A DNA stretch of 63,286 nucleotides, filler included, from Octopus bimaculoides (Eukaryota), in assembly GCF_001194135.2 (NCBI RefSeq). It is 5 parts of 4 records of this genome, joined end to end, with 100 filler letters (N's around TTAATTAATTAA, not from the genome) between each part and the next. Parts side by side here need not be neighbours in the genome. Positions count along the whole stretch, not along the records: positions 34,780 to 52,751 come from NC_068986.1; positions 52,852 to 61,933 come from NC_068986.1; positions 62,034 to 63,286 come from NW_026398582.1; 2 more parts are not named here. One strand, given 5' to 3'. Shown one piece after another: positions 52,563-63,286 of the stretch (position 1 is the stretch's first letter; each line of letters begins with the position of its first letter). The notes under the pieces were generated by a model. The model made no database searches, was not told the origin of the DNA, and saw only the letters and a program-made list of their open reading frames with translations. The position numbers were made by a program, and so were the translations under genes.

Positions 52563-52740
52563 TCAAATTTTGAGACAAGGCCAGCAATTTTGTGGGGAGG
52601 GGCTAAGTCGATTACATCGACTAGTGCTGAACTGTGAACTGCTACTTATTTTATCGAAAGCGAAATGATGAAAGGCAAAGTCGGCCTCAATGAAATTTGA
52701 ACTCGGACGAATGCCGCTAAGCGTTTTATCCGGCGTGCTA
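52563..52740 (-). mobile_element. SINE family B, partial
   Basis: acaaggccagcaatttt...gtcgattacatcgac...atgaaaggcaaagtcg.cctc. Confidence 0.7.
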
Positions 52741-52751
52741 GTTTATATATA

Positions 52752-52851
52752 NNNNNNNNNNNNNNNNNNNNNNNNNNNNNNNNNNNNNNNNNNNNTTAAT
52801 TAATTAANNNNNNNNNNNNNNNNNNNNNNNNNNNNNNNNNNNNNNNNNNNN
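52752..52851. other. Assembly spacer N44-TTAATTAATTAA-N44
   Basis: Same construct; separates the ZNF contig from the upstream 52 kb. Confidence 0.95.
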
Positions 52852-53142
52852 TGAGTAAAGCATTCGGGGCCGTGTGGGTCATGGATGGACATGCCTAAAA
52901 GGATCAGTGCAGTCACCAGCCTTGATCTTTCTGATGGATCAACAGTGAAACCTGACACCAGGGTAATTTAACACAACTAATGGAGCTTTGGCTATTCAGC
53001 TTACTTCAGCTCCTTGGAGGTTCAGGTTATTCTGATGATAAAAAAAAAGGTGATCAGTTGACTTAAGAAGTGCAAAGATAACTCTATGGGTTGGGTCTGC
53101 AGGATGAGAAAGATATAAAGATTAATATATATTAATGATATT

Positions 53143-53255
53143 TAACATCCGCTTTCCATGCTAGCATGGGTTGGACGATTTGACTAAGGACTGGTGAACC
53201 AGATGGCTACACCAGGCTCCAATCTGATTTGGCAAAGTTTCTATAGCTGGATGCT
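53143..53255 (-). mobile_element. Dispersed repeat family E, 3' end
   Basis: tttaacatccgctttccatgctagcatggg...tttctatagctggatg; related copies at 58568-58712 and 58898-59320. Confidence 0.65.
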
Positions 53256-53403
53256 TTGAAAAAGAAAAATTTACTACAATTTCCAAAGAATACACTGAAC
53301 ATGATATAAACATTTATAGCACTTTAATAACATTCATATACATAAATTCCTTAATACAAATATCACAACAATATGGTTTTTATAATATACTTTCCTAGAA
53401 AAG

Positions 53404-53734
53404 TCAGTGGCAAGGTTTATTTCCATCATTAAAAGTACATTTATGAGTAGATATACTATGAGTAAATGATTTACCACAAATAACACAGCTGTATGCTTTT
53501 TCCCCAGTATGAGTACGATTGTGTCTTATTAAACACCTCAAATTAGAATATATATTTACCACAGATTCCACAGTGGTGTGCTTTCTCTCCAGTGTGTGTA
53601 CGTATATGTCTTTTTAAGCTGCCACTATAGGAAAATTCCTTGCCACAAACTTCACAGTGATGTGGTTTTTCTCCACTATGAGTAAGTTTATGAACCAATA
53701 GGACAGATTTTTCAGATTTCCCACATATTTCATA
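53404..53734 (-). pseudogene. Decayed zinc fingers 13-16 in the 3' UTR of paralog A
   Basis: In frame after the TAA: [19 protein letters not shown] (Cys lost), an intact-looking [28 protein letters not shown], then a frameshifted finger and a terminal ...[13 protein letters not shown] matching the B C-terminus. Confidence 0.8.
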
Positions 53735-54766
53735 TTACAGTGACTTTTCTCCTCTATGAATACGGTTATGTGTTGTTAAGCTGGTCTTAAGTGAAAATTC
53801 TTTTCCACATATTAAACAGTGATATGGTTTCTCTCCTGTGTGAATACGTCTGTGTCTTACTAAACTACCATTTTGAGAAAATGCTTTGCCACAGACTTCA
53901 CAGTGATGTGGTTTTTCTCCAGTATGAATACGTTTGTGATTTACCAAGTTGCAGCTACCAGAAAAGTCTTTTCCACAAACTTCACAGTGATATGGTTTCT
54001 CTCCTGTGTGAATTCGTTTGTGTAATGTTAGAACATATTTTTCAGGAAATGCTTTTCCACAGATTTCACAGTGATGTCGCTTTTCCCCTGTGTGAGAACG
54101 ATTGTGCCTTATTAAGGTACCACTACTTGTAAATCCTTTCCCACATACTTCACAATGATATGGCTTCTCTCCAGTATGAACACGTTTGTGGACTGTTAAA
54201 GACTCTTTCACAGAAAATACTTTATCACAGATTTCACAGTGGTAAGGTTTTGAGTGCACACTTCTGTGTCTTTCAAAGTTACTGACATTAGAAAATGCTT
54301 TCCCACAATCATCACACTTGTGTGGCTCCTCTCCAGTGTGAGTATGTTTATGTCTTGTTAAATTACCAACTTGAGAAAATGATTTGCCACAAATTTCACA
54401 ACGGTATCGTTTTTCTCCAGTGTGAATGAGTTGGTGACTTTTTGCACTGCTACACCCTGAAAATGTTTTGCCACAGATTTCACAGTGGTATGGTTTCTCT
54501 CCTGTGTGTGTACGTTTGTGTGTGTTTATGTAACCTTTATAAGAAAATGATTTTCCACATATTTCACAGTGAAACGGTTTCTCCCCTGTGTGTGTCCGTT
54601 TGTGTTCTGTTAAATTTCCTTTTTGAGAGAATGCTTTCTCACATATTTCACAGTGGTATGGCTTTTCCCCAGTATGAGTGCGCCTATGAATAGCTAAATG
54701 GCATTTTGTAGGAAGTACTTTACCACAAATACTGCATTTGTAACGTTTGCTCATTTTCTGAAACAT
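53735..54766 (-). CDS. C2H2 zinc-finger protein, paralog A (343 aa, 12 tandem fingers, no effector domain seen)
   Basis: Uninterrupted ORF with 12 C-x2-C-x12-H-x3-H fingers, mostly joined by TGEKP-type linkers. In-frame stop 6 codons upstream of the ATG. Candidate acceptor (ttttatttcag|g) 127 nt upstream, so probably one coding exon. Confidence 0.93.
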   Translation of the reverse strand: MFQKMSKRYKCSICGKVLPTKCHLAIHRRTHTGEKPYHCEICEKAFSQKGNLTEHKRTHTGEKPFHCEICGKSFSYKGYINTHKRTHTGEKPYHCEICGKTFSGCSSAKSHQLIHTGEKRYRCEICGKSFSQVGNLTRHKHTHTGEEPHKCDDCGKAFSNVSNFERHRSVHSKPYHCEICDKVFSVKESLTVHKRVHTGEKPYHCEVCGKGFTSSGTLIRHNRSHTGEKRHHCEICGKAFPEKYVLTLHKRIHTGEKPYHCEVCGKDFSGSCNLVNHKRIHTGEKPHHCEVCGKAFSQNGSLVRHRRIHTGEKPYHCLICGKEFSLKTSLTTHNRIHRGEKSL

Positions 54767-54892
54767 TCTCTCGGTTAAATTTTAGTTTTCTTCTTTAATT
54801 CTGAAGACATTAATTGGTTGATAAATCTCTATCCAAACACAGTAGACTTGCAGTATCCTCTGCAGAAAATCTTCTTTCAAATGGAAATACGT

Positions 54893-54915
54893 CCTGAAAT
54901 AAAATAAAATAAATA
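54893..54915 (-). promoter_or_regulatory. 3' splice acceptor of the ZNF-A coding exon (intron in the 5' UTR)
   Basis: Minus strand reads tatttattttattttatttcag|gacgt; the same sequence lies upstream of B. Confidence 0.6.
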
Positions 54916-56683
54916 TTAGATACTAACAACCAAAAAGTTGTGAAATGAGTGGCTGTTTGTGTGGTATGTGATTGGCTATTCTCAACACTATGATATTTCG
55001 TAATCATAGATCAGCGAGCCACAACTTTTATGTTGTCTCTCTTCAGGATTAGAAGTGAGGGAGTAGGTATGTAGGTATGTTCTGCCAGAAGTGGGGTCTG
55101 TGGATTACACCAGAAGTGCCACAGCAGGCATGCGGGGTCAGTGAAACACGATGGGCAGTTTATGACGGACAGCACATCAGAGCAGACAGCGACGGATAGC
55201 AACGTGGACATGGAGTGAACCTTGCAGATTGAGATAGAACAGGGAGACGTTGAAAGTGACCATTGTTTTCTGGTCCGACTGGTTAGACTACTGTAATTCC
55301 CTCTTCCATCTTTTTCTTCCTTTACATCACACCTTTCATTCTTTTCGGTAAATGAAATAAATACCAGGTGAATACTTGCATTCATGTAAATCCACTGGCC
55401 CCTCCCATCAAATTGCTGGCCTTTTGCCAAAATCTGAAATCAATGCTTTTTGTTATTTTGAGAACAGAAAATACACAAATCTTCTTCAGGACGAAATCTG
55501 TTTCCTTCCTCAGTCTCCTGATGAAAGAGAGATGAGAAGAAAACATGACATGTGTAAAGAAACAAATCATTGTTATAGATATACTTGATACTGAAGAATT
55601 ACCAAAAAACCATTCCTGCTGTTTGGGACAGTGTTTAAATAATACTCTGTTGGAGGTAGTGTCATGGGCCCATGGTCACTGGATTATATTAGGTACATAG
55701 AAACGATAGATGGTAATCTTTCAGTATCTGGTGATAAAAAAGTTGTGACATTGGCAATAACCAGCAAAAAGTGAACAAAAGTCTTTTTCTGGTATCATTT
55801 GATCCTTTCACCAGCACGATTTTCACTAAGAAAAAAAAAAATCAGATTTTTTGTGTGGAATCAAGCACTCTGACCTCCTAATATGCTGCAAACTCCTTAT
55901 TTTTGTTCGGAAAAAAGGTGGATGGGAAAATTAATCTTTGTTGTTAAGATGAATTTATCCTCTGTCTCTGCTAACTTCTATAACCTCTGCATCTTCACTT
56001 ATTCATTTCAAACTTTTTTGAATTTTCAATCTAATGTAATCCACAATCTCTTGAAAATGTATTTCTGCAATATGTTATCTAAAATTATGGGTAAAGAAAG
56101 AAGTAGCGAAAAATATTTCAAAATGAGGGTGGAGGTGAAATTTCCGCAGGTTCCACCCCCACCCCGTCTTCTAGATAGAAAAAAGGGTTTTGTAGCATAT
56201 TAGGTCACTGGAATTCAGTCAACAGAAAAAAAAATAATAATAATACTCTAATAGTTTTACTTATCATACCATGAGTTAGTTGGCCTTATCTATCTTCTTT
56301 GTCCTTTCCATGATATTGCAGGATTTACTTGTCTATAGGGGACAGATCCCAAGTTGCATCATTCTCTATGATGGCCTTGTATTTAGCCCTGGCTCCTTTC
56401 TACACTTTGATAGCAGCCAGAGAACTGCATGCAGTGGATGAAGTGTTCTATGTCTCCCTAATTCTGTTGTATTACTAGTAGTAGTAGTAACAACAGTTTC
56501 CTAACCCTAACCATATCATATGATACATGTGACTCAACAAGTAACATTAAAAAGAAAAATTTACTGCAATTTCCAAGAATACATTAAACATGTTATAAAC
56601 ATGTACAGCACTTTAATGACATTCATATACATAGATTCTTTAATCCAAATATCACATCAAGATGCTTTTATACTATACTTAAG

Positions 56684-58251
56684 TCAGTGGAAAGGTTTGT
56701 CTCCATCATTAAAAGTACATTTATGAGTAGATATATAATCACTGCAACTAAATGATTTACCACAAGTAACACAGCTGTATGGTTTTTCCCCCGTATGAGT
56801 ATGATTGTGTCTTATTAAACACCTCAAGTTAGAAAATATTTTGCCACAGATTTTGCAGATTTCCAGTGTATAGGTCTCTTTGTTTTTTAAGCTTCCACTA
56901 TTGGAAAATTTCTTCCCACAAACTTCACAGTGATATGGTTTCTCTCCTGTGTGAATCCGTTTGTGTAATGTTAAAACATATTTTTCAGGAAATANNNNNN
57001 NNNNNNNNNNNNNNNNNNNNNNNNNNNNNNNNNNNNNNNNNNNNNNNNNNNNNNNNNNNNNNNNNNNNNNNNNNNNNNNNNNNNNNNNNNNNNNNNNNNN
57101 NNNNNNNNNNNNNNNNNNNNNNNNNNNNNNNNNNNNNNNNNNNNNNNNNNNNNNNNNNCACATATTAAACAGCGATATGGTTTCTCTCCTGTGTGAATAC
57201 GTCTGTGTCTTTTTAAACTACTATTTTCAGAAAATGCTTTGCCACAGATTTCACAGGGGTACGGTTTTTCTCCAGTATGAATACGCTTGTGATTTACCAA
57301 GTTGCAGCTACCAGAAAAGTCCTTTCCACAAACTTCACAGTGATATGGTTTCTCTCCTGTGTGAATCCGTTTGTGTAATGTTAAAACATATTTTTCAGGA
57401 AATACTTTTCCACAGATTTCACAGCGGTGTCGCTTTTCCCCTGTGTGAGTACGTCTATGCCTTATTAAGGTACCACTACTTGTAAATCCTTCCCCACATA
57501 CTTCACAATGATATGGCTCCTCTCCAGTATGAATACGTTTGTGTACTTTTAAAGACTGTTTTGCAGAAAATACTTTATCACAAATTTCACAGTGGAAAGG
57601 CTTCGAATGCACACCTCTGTGTGTTTCACATTCACTCAAATTAGAAAATGCTTTCCCACAATCATCACACCTGTATGGCTTCTCCCCAGTGTGAGTACGT
57701 TTATGTCTTGATAAATTACTAGCTTGAGTAAATCTTTTGCCACATATTTCACAATGGAATTGTTTTTCTCCAGTGTGAGTAAGCTGATGAATTCTTGCAG
57801 TATGAAAGAGTGAAAATGCTTTGCCACAGATTTCACAATGAAATGGTTTCTCTCCAGTGTGAGTACGTTTGTGTATCTTTATGTAACCTTGATTAGAAAA
57901 TGATTTTCCACATATTTCACAATCATATCGTTTNNNNNNNNNNNNNNNNNNNNNNNNNNNNNNNNNNNNNNNNNNNNNNNNNNNNNNNNNNNNNNNNNNN
58001 NNNNNNNNNNNNNNNNNNNNNNNNNNNNNNNNNNNNNNNNNNNNNNNNNNNNNNNNNNNNNNNNNNNNNNNNNNNNNNNNNNNNNNNNNNNNNNNNNNNN
58101 NNNNNNNNNNNNNNNNNNNNNNNNNNNNNNNNNNNNNNNNNNNNNNNNNNNNNNNNNNNNNNNNNNNNNNNNNNNNNNNNNNNNNNNNNNNNNNNNNNAG
58201 TAATTTACCACAAATATCACACTTGTAACATTTGCTCACTTTCTGAAACAT
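56684..58251 (-). CDS. C2H2 zinc-finger protein, paralog B (interrupted by N gaps 56995-57158 and 57934-58198)
   Basis: Starts [11 protein letters not shown], like A (MFQKMSKRYKC). Fingers 3-11 are readable and collinear with A. After the gap nearer the 3' end (56995-57158) an open frame runs [14 protein letters not shown]...[13 protein letters not shown] to TGA at 56684. Finger number and continuity across the gaps are unknown. Confidence 0.82.
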
Positions 58252-58379
58252 TCTCTCAGTTAAATTTTACAGTTTTATTCTTTAATTCTGAAGACATTAA
58301 TTGGTTGATAAATCTTTATCCAAACACAGTAGACTTGCAGTATCCTCTGCAGAAAATCTTCTTTCAAATGGAAATACGT

Positions 58380-58402
58380 CCTGAAATAAAATAAAATAAA
58401 TA
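58380..58402 (-). promoter_or_regulatory. 3' splice acceptor of the ZNF-B coding exon
   Basis: Same acceptor as A, 129 nt upstream of the ATG at 58251. Confidence 0.6.
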
Positions 58403-58567
58403 TTAGATACTAACAACCAAAAAGTTGTGAAATGAGTGGCTGTTTGTGTGGTATGTGATTGGCTATTCTCAACAATATCTCATAATCATAGATCAGCGAG
58501 CCACAACCTTTATCTATGTTGTCTCTGTTCAGGATTAATAGAATATTCCCAAAGTCCTCATCATTAT

Positions 58568-59320
58568 TATTTAATATCCGTTTTTGATGCTGGCGAGAGT
58601 CGGACAGTTTGACGGGAACCAGGAGGGCCCCCAACAGTCTCCATTGTCTGTTTTGGCATGGTTTCTACAGCTGGATGCCCTTCCTAATGCAAACCACTTT
58701 CCAGAGTGTATAACGTATTCTCCTCTAAGTATACATTTCAAATAAATACTTTCCCCATTTGTTTTGGATGAGAGTGTTATTATCTTATTTCACAGCAATA
58801 ATTAACAATGCTTTTCCTACATATTTCAGAGTCTGCTTTTATCACCTGTTTCAATACATCTGTGATTAAAGAAAATGACCAATTGATTATCATCATTATT
58901 GTTTAACTTCTGTGCTAGCATGGGCGAGATGGTTTCACAAGAGCTAGCTAGGCAGAAGCTTGCACCAGATTTCTGTGATTGTTTTAGCAGGATTTTTACA
59001 GCTGGATGCCCTTCCTGACACCAACCATTCAGCAGAGTGGTCTTTGTGCTTTTTATGTGGCAGAAGCACAGGTGAGGTCACTTTTGGTAAGGCTTTTACA
59101 GCTAGATGCCCTTCTTAATACCAACCACTTCACAGTATAGATCCGGTACTTTTAAGTGGCACCTACACTGAAAGTGTTAACACGTACTTGCAAGACAAAA
59201 ACAAAAACCTACAAGAGGGGAGGGGGCATTGTCAGATGATGAAAGGTTATAGTGAGACAGAAGTGTCTTGCTGTAGAAGTTCAAGGTTACCCAGCCGGAG
59301 AGAGAAGCGGGGGGTTATCA
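58568..59320 (-). mobile_element. Family E copies (58568-58712; 58898-59320 with internal duplication)
   Basis: Three occurrences of tt.tacagct.gatgcccttc.t.a..c.aacca. Confidence 0.65.
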
Positions 59321-59505
59321 ATTGGATTGACCCTTAATTTACAGAAATGTTTTCTAAGAAACTAAGATGGTGATGAAATACAATTTCTATTTGTAACGTC
59401 AAGTGACATGGTCTACTGTAGTAATTTTCTTCATTTCTTTATCCGCCAGAAGAGTTTCACATGAAATCACTAGTTTCAATTAGAGTAAAATATTTTCTGT
59501 GTTGA

Positions 59506-59566
59506 TACAGATATACCATTTGACGTCCGAAACGCTTAGGAGCAGGCACGTTTTGGATTTTGGAAA
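59506..59566 (+). mobile_element. Possible Tigger/pogo-type terminal sequence
   Basis: TACAG...tccgaaacgcttaggagcaggcacgttttggattttgg resembles Tigger-derived MITE ends I recall; no partner end found. Confidence 0.3.
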
Positions 59567-59685
59567 TAGTAGTACAATATATTCATAGGCCATACCAAAC
59601 AACTAGTAAAGCTATGAATATTCGCACTAAAAGGAATAAAGATTTTAAATATTATCATAGGTAATACTGTTGTATATTTTGGGAT

Positions 59686-59772
59686 GAGGCAAATAGCATA
59701 GTGGATAAGAGCACAAGCTACTAACCCTCAGATTCTAAGTTCAACCCCAGTCAGAGGCTTGAAAAATAATAT
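59686..59772 (+). mobile_element. tRNA-like SINE head related to the 44.5-kb element
   Basis: A box TAGCATAGTGG (59694-59704) and B box GTTCAACCCC (59739-59748). The following ~32 nt are ~70% identical to 44562-44593. Confidence 0.55.
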
Positions 59773-60956
59773 TGACAGAAATAACAGCAGCAGAAACATT
59801 TGTGTGCGGCACTGACAGAAGGTAACTGAATCGACTTTGTTAGAGTTATTGCCCTTGGTAAGTTTCCAGCAAACTGAAGTATTTTAGGTCTCGGCCTGTA
59901 TGTGTGCATGTGGAATGGGAAGAAAAGGTTTGTAGAGATATTTCCACAGAACTACTCTGAGAATTACAATGTTTAAGAGATGGAACTCCTTCAGTTTTCC
60001 TTCTCATTCGCTCTCTCAACATCAGGTTGTGCAGTGTGGTGGAGTGGAGCTGATGTTATTCTATTCATGTTTTCTGTCTTTCTACTACTGTATGTGCGGC
60101 CGCCATATGTCTGATCAATGTGAAAATAGATTAACATCGATGTTATTAACCACGCCTTCATGTCCTCATTGAGCATGTTGGTAGAGCATTGATAAGATTT
60201 CCTCCTTCGGCTTCCAGCAGTGTATGTTGTCGTCCTATTTCTCTACCATACCTCACTACACTTCATATTATAAGCTACATTCCTCACTTTACAGTTTAAT
60301 CTGTGGGTTCATCCGAAACACTATAGAGTTGCTCTCCTTACAGGTGGTTCATTCAAATGCATACGTTTCACAGATCTGGTATTTTATGCAGGTCCCTGGC
60401 CTTTCTACTTCTTCAAGCCAGAGATTCATTTTATCTAAGGTTTTCCGAAAAACATGCTAGTTCACTTACAGGGGTATCATCTACGACCATAATACTCTGG
60501 TAGTTTTAGGTATCATACCATGAGTTAGTTGGCCTTACCTATCGATCTTCATCCTTTCCATGCTATTCCAGGATTTACTTGTCTATAGGGGACAGATCCC
60601 AATTTGCATCATTCTCTATGATGGCCTTGTATTTAGCCCTGGCTTTCTACACTTTAATACTATCTCTTCGACAGCAGCTAGGTAACTGTGTGCAGTGGAT
60701 GGAGTATTCTGTGTCTCCCTAATTCTGTTGCTTTGCTAACAGTATTAGTAGTAGTAACAACAATTTTCTCACTCTAACCATATTGTATGACACATGTGAC
60801 CTAACAAGTAACATTAAAAAGATAAATTTACTACAATTTCCAAAGGATACACAAAACATATTATAAACATTTATAGCACTTTAATAACATTCTTATAAAT
60901 ACATTCTTTAATACAAATATCACAATATGGTTTTATATTATACTTTCCTACAAAAG

Positions 60957-61282
<326 letters not shown>

Positions 61283-61933
61283 TTATGGCATTTCTCCAGT
61301 ATGAATACGTGTGTGTTCTGTTAAGTTGTTCTTAAGTGAAAATTCTTTTCCACATATTAAACAGCGATATGGTTTCTCTCCTGTGTGAATACGTCTGTGT
61401 CTTTGTAAAGTACAACTTTCAGAAAATGCTTTGCCACAGATTTCACAGTGATGACGTTTTTCTCCAGTATGAACACATTTGTGTTTATTTAAGCCACACC
61501 TACCAGAAAAGTTTTTTCCACAAACTTCACAGTGATATGGTTGCTCTCCTGTGTGAATTCGTTTGTGTAATGTTAAAACATATTTTTCAGGAAATGCTTT
61601 TCCACAGATTTCACAGCAGTGTCGCTTTTCCCCTGTGTGAGTACGTCTATGCCTTATTAAGTTGCCACCACTTGTAAATCCTTTCCCACATACTTCACAA
61701 TGATATGGCTCCTCTCCAGTATGAATACGTTTGTGTACTGTTAAAATCTCTTTTGTAGAAAATACTTTATCACAGATTTCACAGTGGAAAGGCTTCGAAT
61801 GCACACCTCTGTGTGTTTCACATTCACTCAAATTAGAAAATGCTTTCCCACAATCATCACACCTGTATGGCTTCTCCCCAGTGTGAGTACGTTTATGTCT
61901 TGATAAATTACTAACTCGAGAAAATCTTTTGCC
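61283..61933 (-). CDS. C2H2 zinc-finger protein, paralog C (5' part lost in the gap starting at 61934)
   Basis: Open frame from the gap edge (GKRFSRVSNLSRH...) through fingers homologous to A5-A12, ending HTGEMP*. Confidence 0.85.
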   Translation of the reverse strand, partial: GKRFSRVSNLSRHKRTHTGEKPYRCDDCGKAFSNLSECETHRGVHSKPFHCEICDKVFSTKEILTVHKRIHTGEEPYHCEVCGKGFTSGGNLIRHRRTHTGEKRHCCEICGKAFPEKYVLTLHKRIHTGEQPYHCEVCGKNFSGRCGLNKHKCVHTGEKRHHCEICGKAFSESCTLQRHRRIHTGEKPYRCLICGKEFSLKNNLTEHTRIHTGEMP

Positions 61934-62033
61934 NNNNNNNNNNNNNNNNNNNNNNNNNNNNNNNNNNNNNNNNNNNNTTAATTAATTAANNNNNNNNNNN
62001 NNNNNNNNNNNNNNNNNNNNNNNNNNNNNNNNN
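61934..62033. other. Assembly spacer N44-TTAATTAATTAA-N44
   Basis: Same construct; cuts ZNF-C. Confidence 0.95.
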
Positions 62034-62036
62034 CAG

Positions 62037-62835
62037 TGGAATTCTGGTTTAAGGAACCCCATATAAATCCCTCATAATTTTTCAACATTTTGGAATTTTT
62101 AGAAAATTTTTGCCAATTTGTGTTCTACAAGTGGGAATTTATACTCTCTGTTACTCTTTTACTTGTTTCAGTCATTTGACTGTGGCCATGCTGGAGCACC
62201 GCCTTTAGTCGAGTAAATCGACCCCAGGACTTATTCTTTGGATGCCTAGTACTTATTCTATCGGTCTCTTTTTGCTTGACCGTTAAGTTACGGGACGCAA
62301 ACACACCACCATCGGTTGTCAAGCGATGTTGGGTGGGGACCAACACAGACACACAAACATATACACACATACATATATATATACATATATACGACGGGCT
62401 TCTTTCAGTTTCTGTCTATCAAATCCACTCACAAGGCTTTGGTCGGCCCGAGGCTATAGTAGAAGACACTTGCCCAAGGTGCCACGCAGTGGGAATGAAC
62501 CCAGAACCATGTGGTTGGTAAGCAAGGTACTTACCACACAGCCACTCCTCCATATTATTATGGAAAAATTTTTTTTTTAATTTTTAAACCTCTCCCCTCT
62601 CCAATAGTTCCACTCCTTTAAAAAAAATCAGAGTTTAAAATACAGACAGGATAATTTTTTTGCTTAAATCCCAGCAATGGACCAACCTTGAGTGAATTAT
62701 CATTACATTAGATGTGTTCATGGGGAGAAAAATACTGAAAAACATCAATAAATGTCAGGGTGACAAATAAAAAAATGAGGAAGGTATCAGGTGGTCGTGA
62801 GGTGTGCAAGAAACAACAGCTAAATCACCTTAAAA

Positions 62836-62872
<37 letters not shown>

Positions 62873-63001
62873 CACTATTTTCATATGAAATCCCACGTGT
62901 AAATTACAAATTTGTCTGTAAATTACAAAATTTTCTGAAAATTCCCCAAAAAATGAAAAAGTTAAGAGGGGTTATATGGAATGCTTAAACCAGAATTCCA
63001 T
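62037..63001. mobile_element. Old inverted-repeat (MITE-like) element hosting a SINE C insertion
   Basis: tggaattctggtttaag...catataa...cct..taa.tttt..a at 62037-62125 is inverted at ~62910-63001. Confidence 0.55.
62142..62550 (-). mobile_element. SINE family C, full length
   Basis: Reverse complement of 3261-3660. Confidence 0.85.
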
Positions 63002-63242
63002 CTGATTTTCTTATATTATTTAGCATGAGATTGAAAACTCCATCTCTAATTTGTAGCTGATTTAGGTTTTAAAAAATGGTGAAAAGGGCATTTGGTACTT
63101 TCCTGGTATTAATAGTATATTTACTAATCTGGATCTTTTCTGCTTGGCTTTCCATTTTGAAATTTTAAAACTGAGTCAATATTTTCACATTTGGTATATT
63201 GACGTAATTCTAAAACTGAATCTAAAACTGAATCTAATTCAC

Positions 63243-63286
63243 TTACTCCTTACTCTTTTACTCTTTTACTTGTTTCAGTCATTTGA
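63243..63286 (-). mobile_element. SINE family C 3' tail, cut by the window end
   Basis: ttactcttttactcttttacttgtttcagtcatttga. Confidence 0.65.

Noticed and set aside
53791-54693. Plus-strand ORFs over the ZNF genes (also 56961-57485 and 61336-61677)
   Set aside because: Antisense shadow frames typical of C2H2 tandem repeats.
55284-55304. LDYCNSL, resembling an L2/CR1 RT motif
   Set aside because: Only seven residues match and the flanks do not continue the similarity.
56325-56395. Minus-strand reading AKYKAIIENDATWDLSP resembling the start of a copia RT
   Set aside because: Weak, needs a gap, and is followed by a stop with no further RT motifs.
59686-59772. Possible tRNA gene (also the SINE heads)
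   Set aside because: A/B boxes are present but there is no complete cloverleaf or poly-T terminator, so these are SINE heads.

Overview
AT-rich eukaryotic scaffold with many N gaps and very dense (TA)n/(CA)n/(TAGA)n/(TATG)n/(AAT)n microsatellites. The repeat families and the tandem [14 protein letters not shown] zinc fingers suggest an octopus genome; this is inference from recognition, not a search. The first ~52 kb hold no identifiable cellular gene. They contain tRNA-derived SINEs of several families (mostly on the minus strand), Tc1/mariner remnants, MITE-like and fold-back inverted repeats, and two different Penelope-like (PLE) GIY-YIG endonuclease fragments. The last ~10 kb carry a head-to-tail cluster of three paralogous C2H2 zinc-finger genes on the minus strand, each probably with a single coding exon; two are interrupted by gaps. 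The main hunt result is a set of minimal type-I hammerhead ribozyme (HHR) motifs from about six unrelated sequence families, none visible in the ORF track. One is intact downstream of a PLE endonuclease (31178-31230). An inverted pair sits in an element with a tRNA B-box remnant, (AAT)n and an HHR tail (44478-44772), suggesting a tRNA-headed, hammerhead-tailed SINE mobilised by PLEs. The ZNF cluster shows recognition-helix diversification, a mosaic paralog, a shared premature stop leaving relic fingers in the 3' UTR, and a conserved uORF leader. All alignments, counts and folds were done by eye and need computational confirmation.
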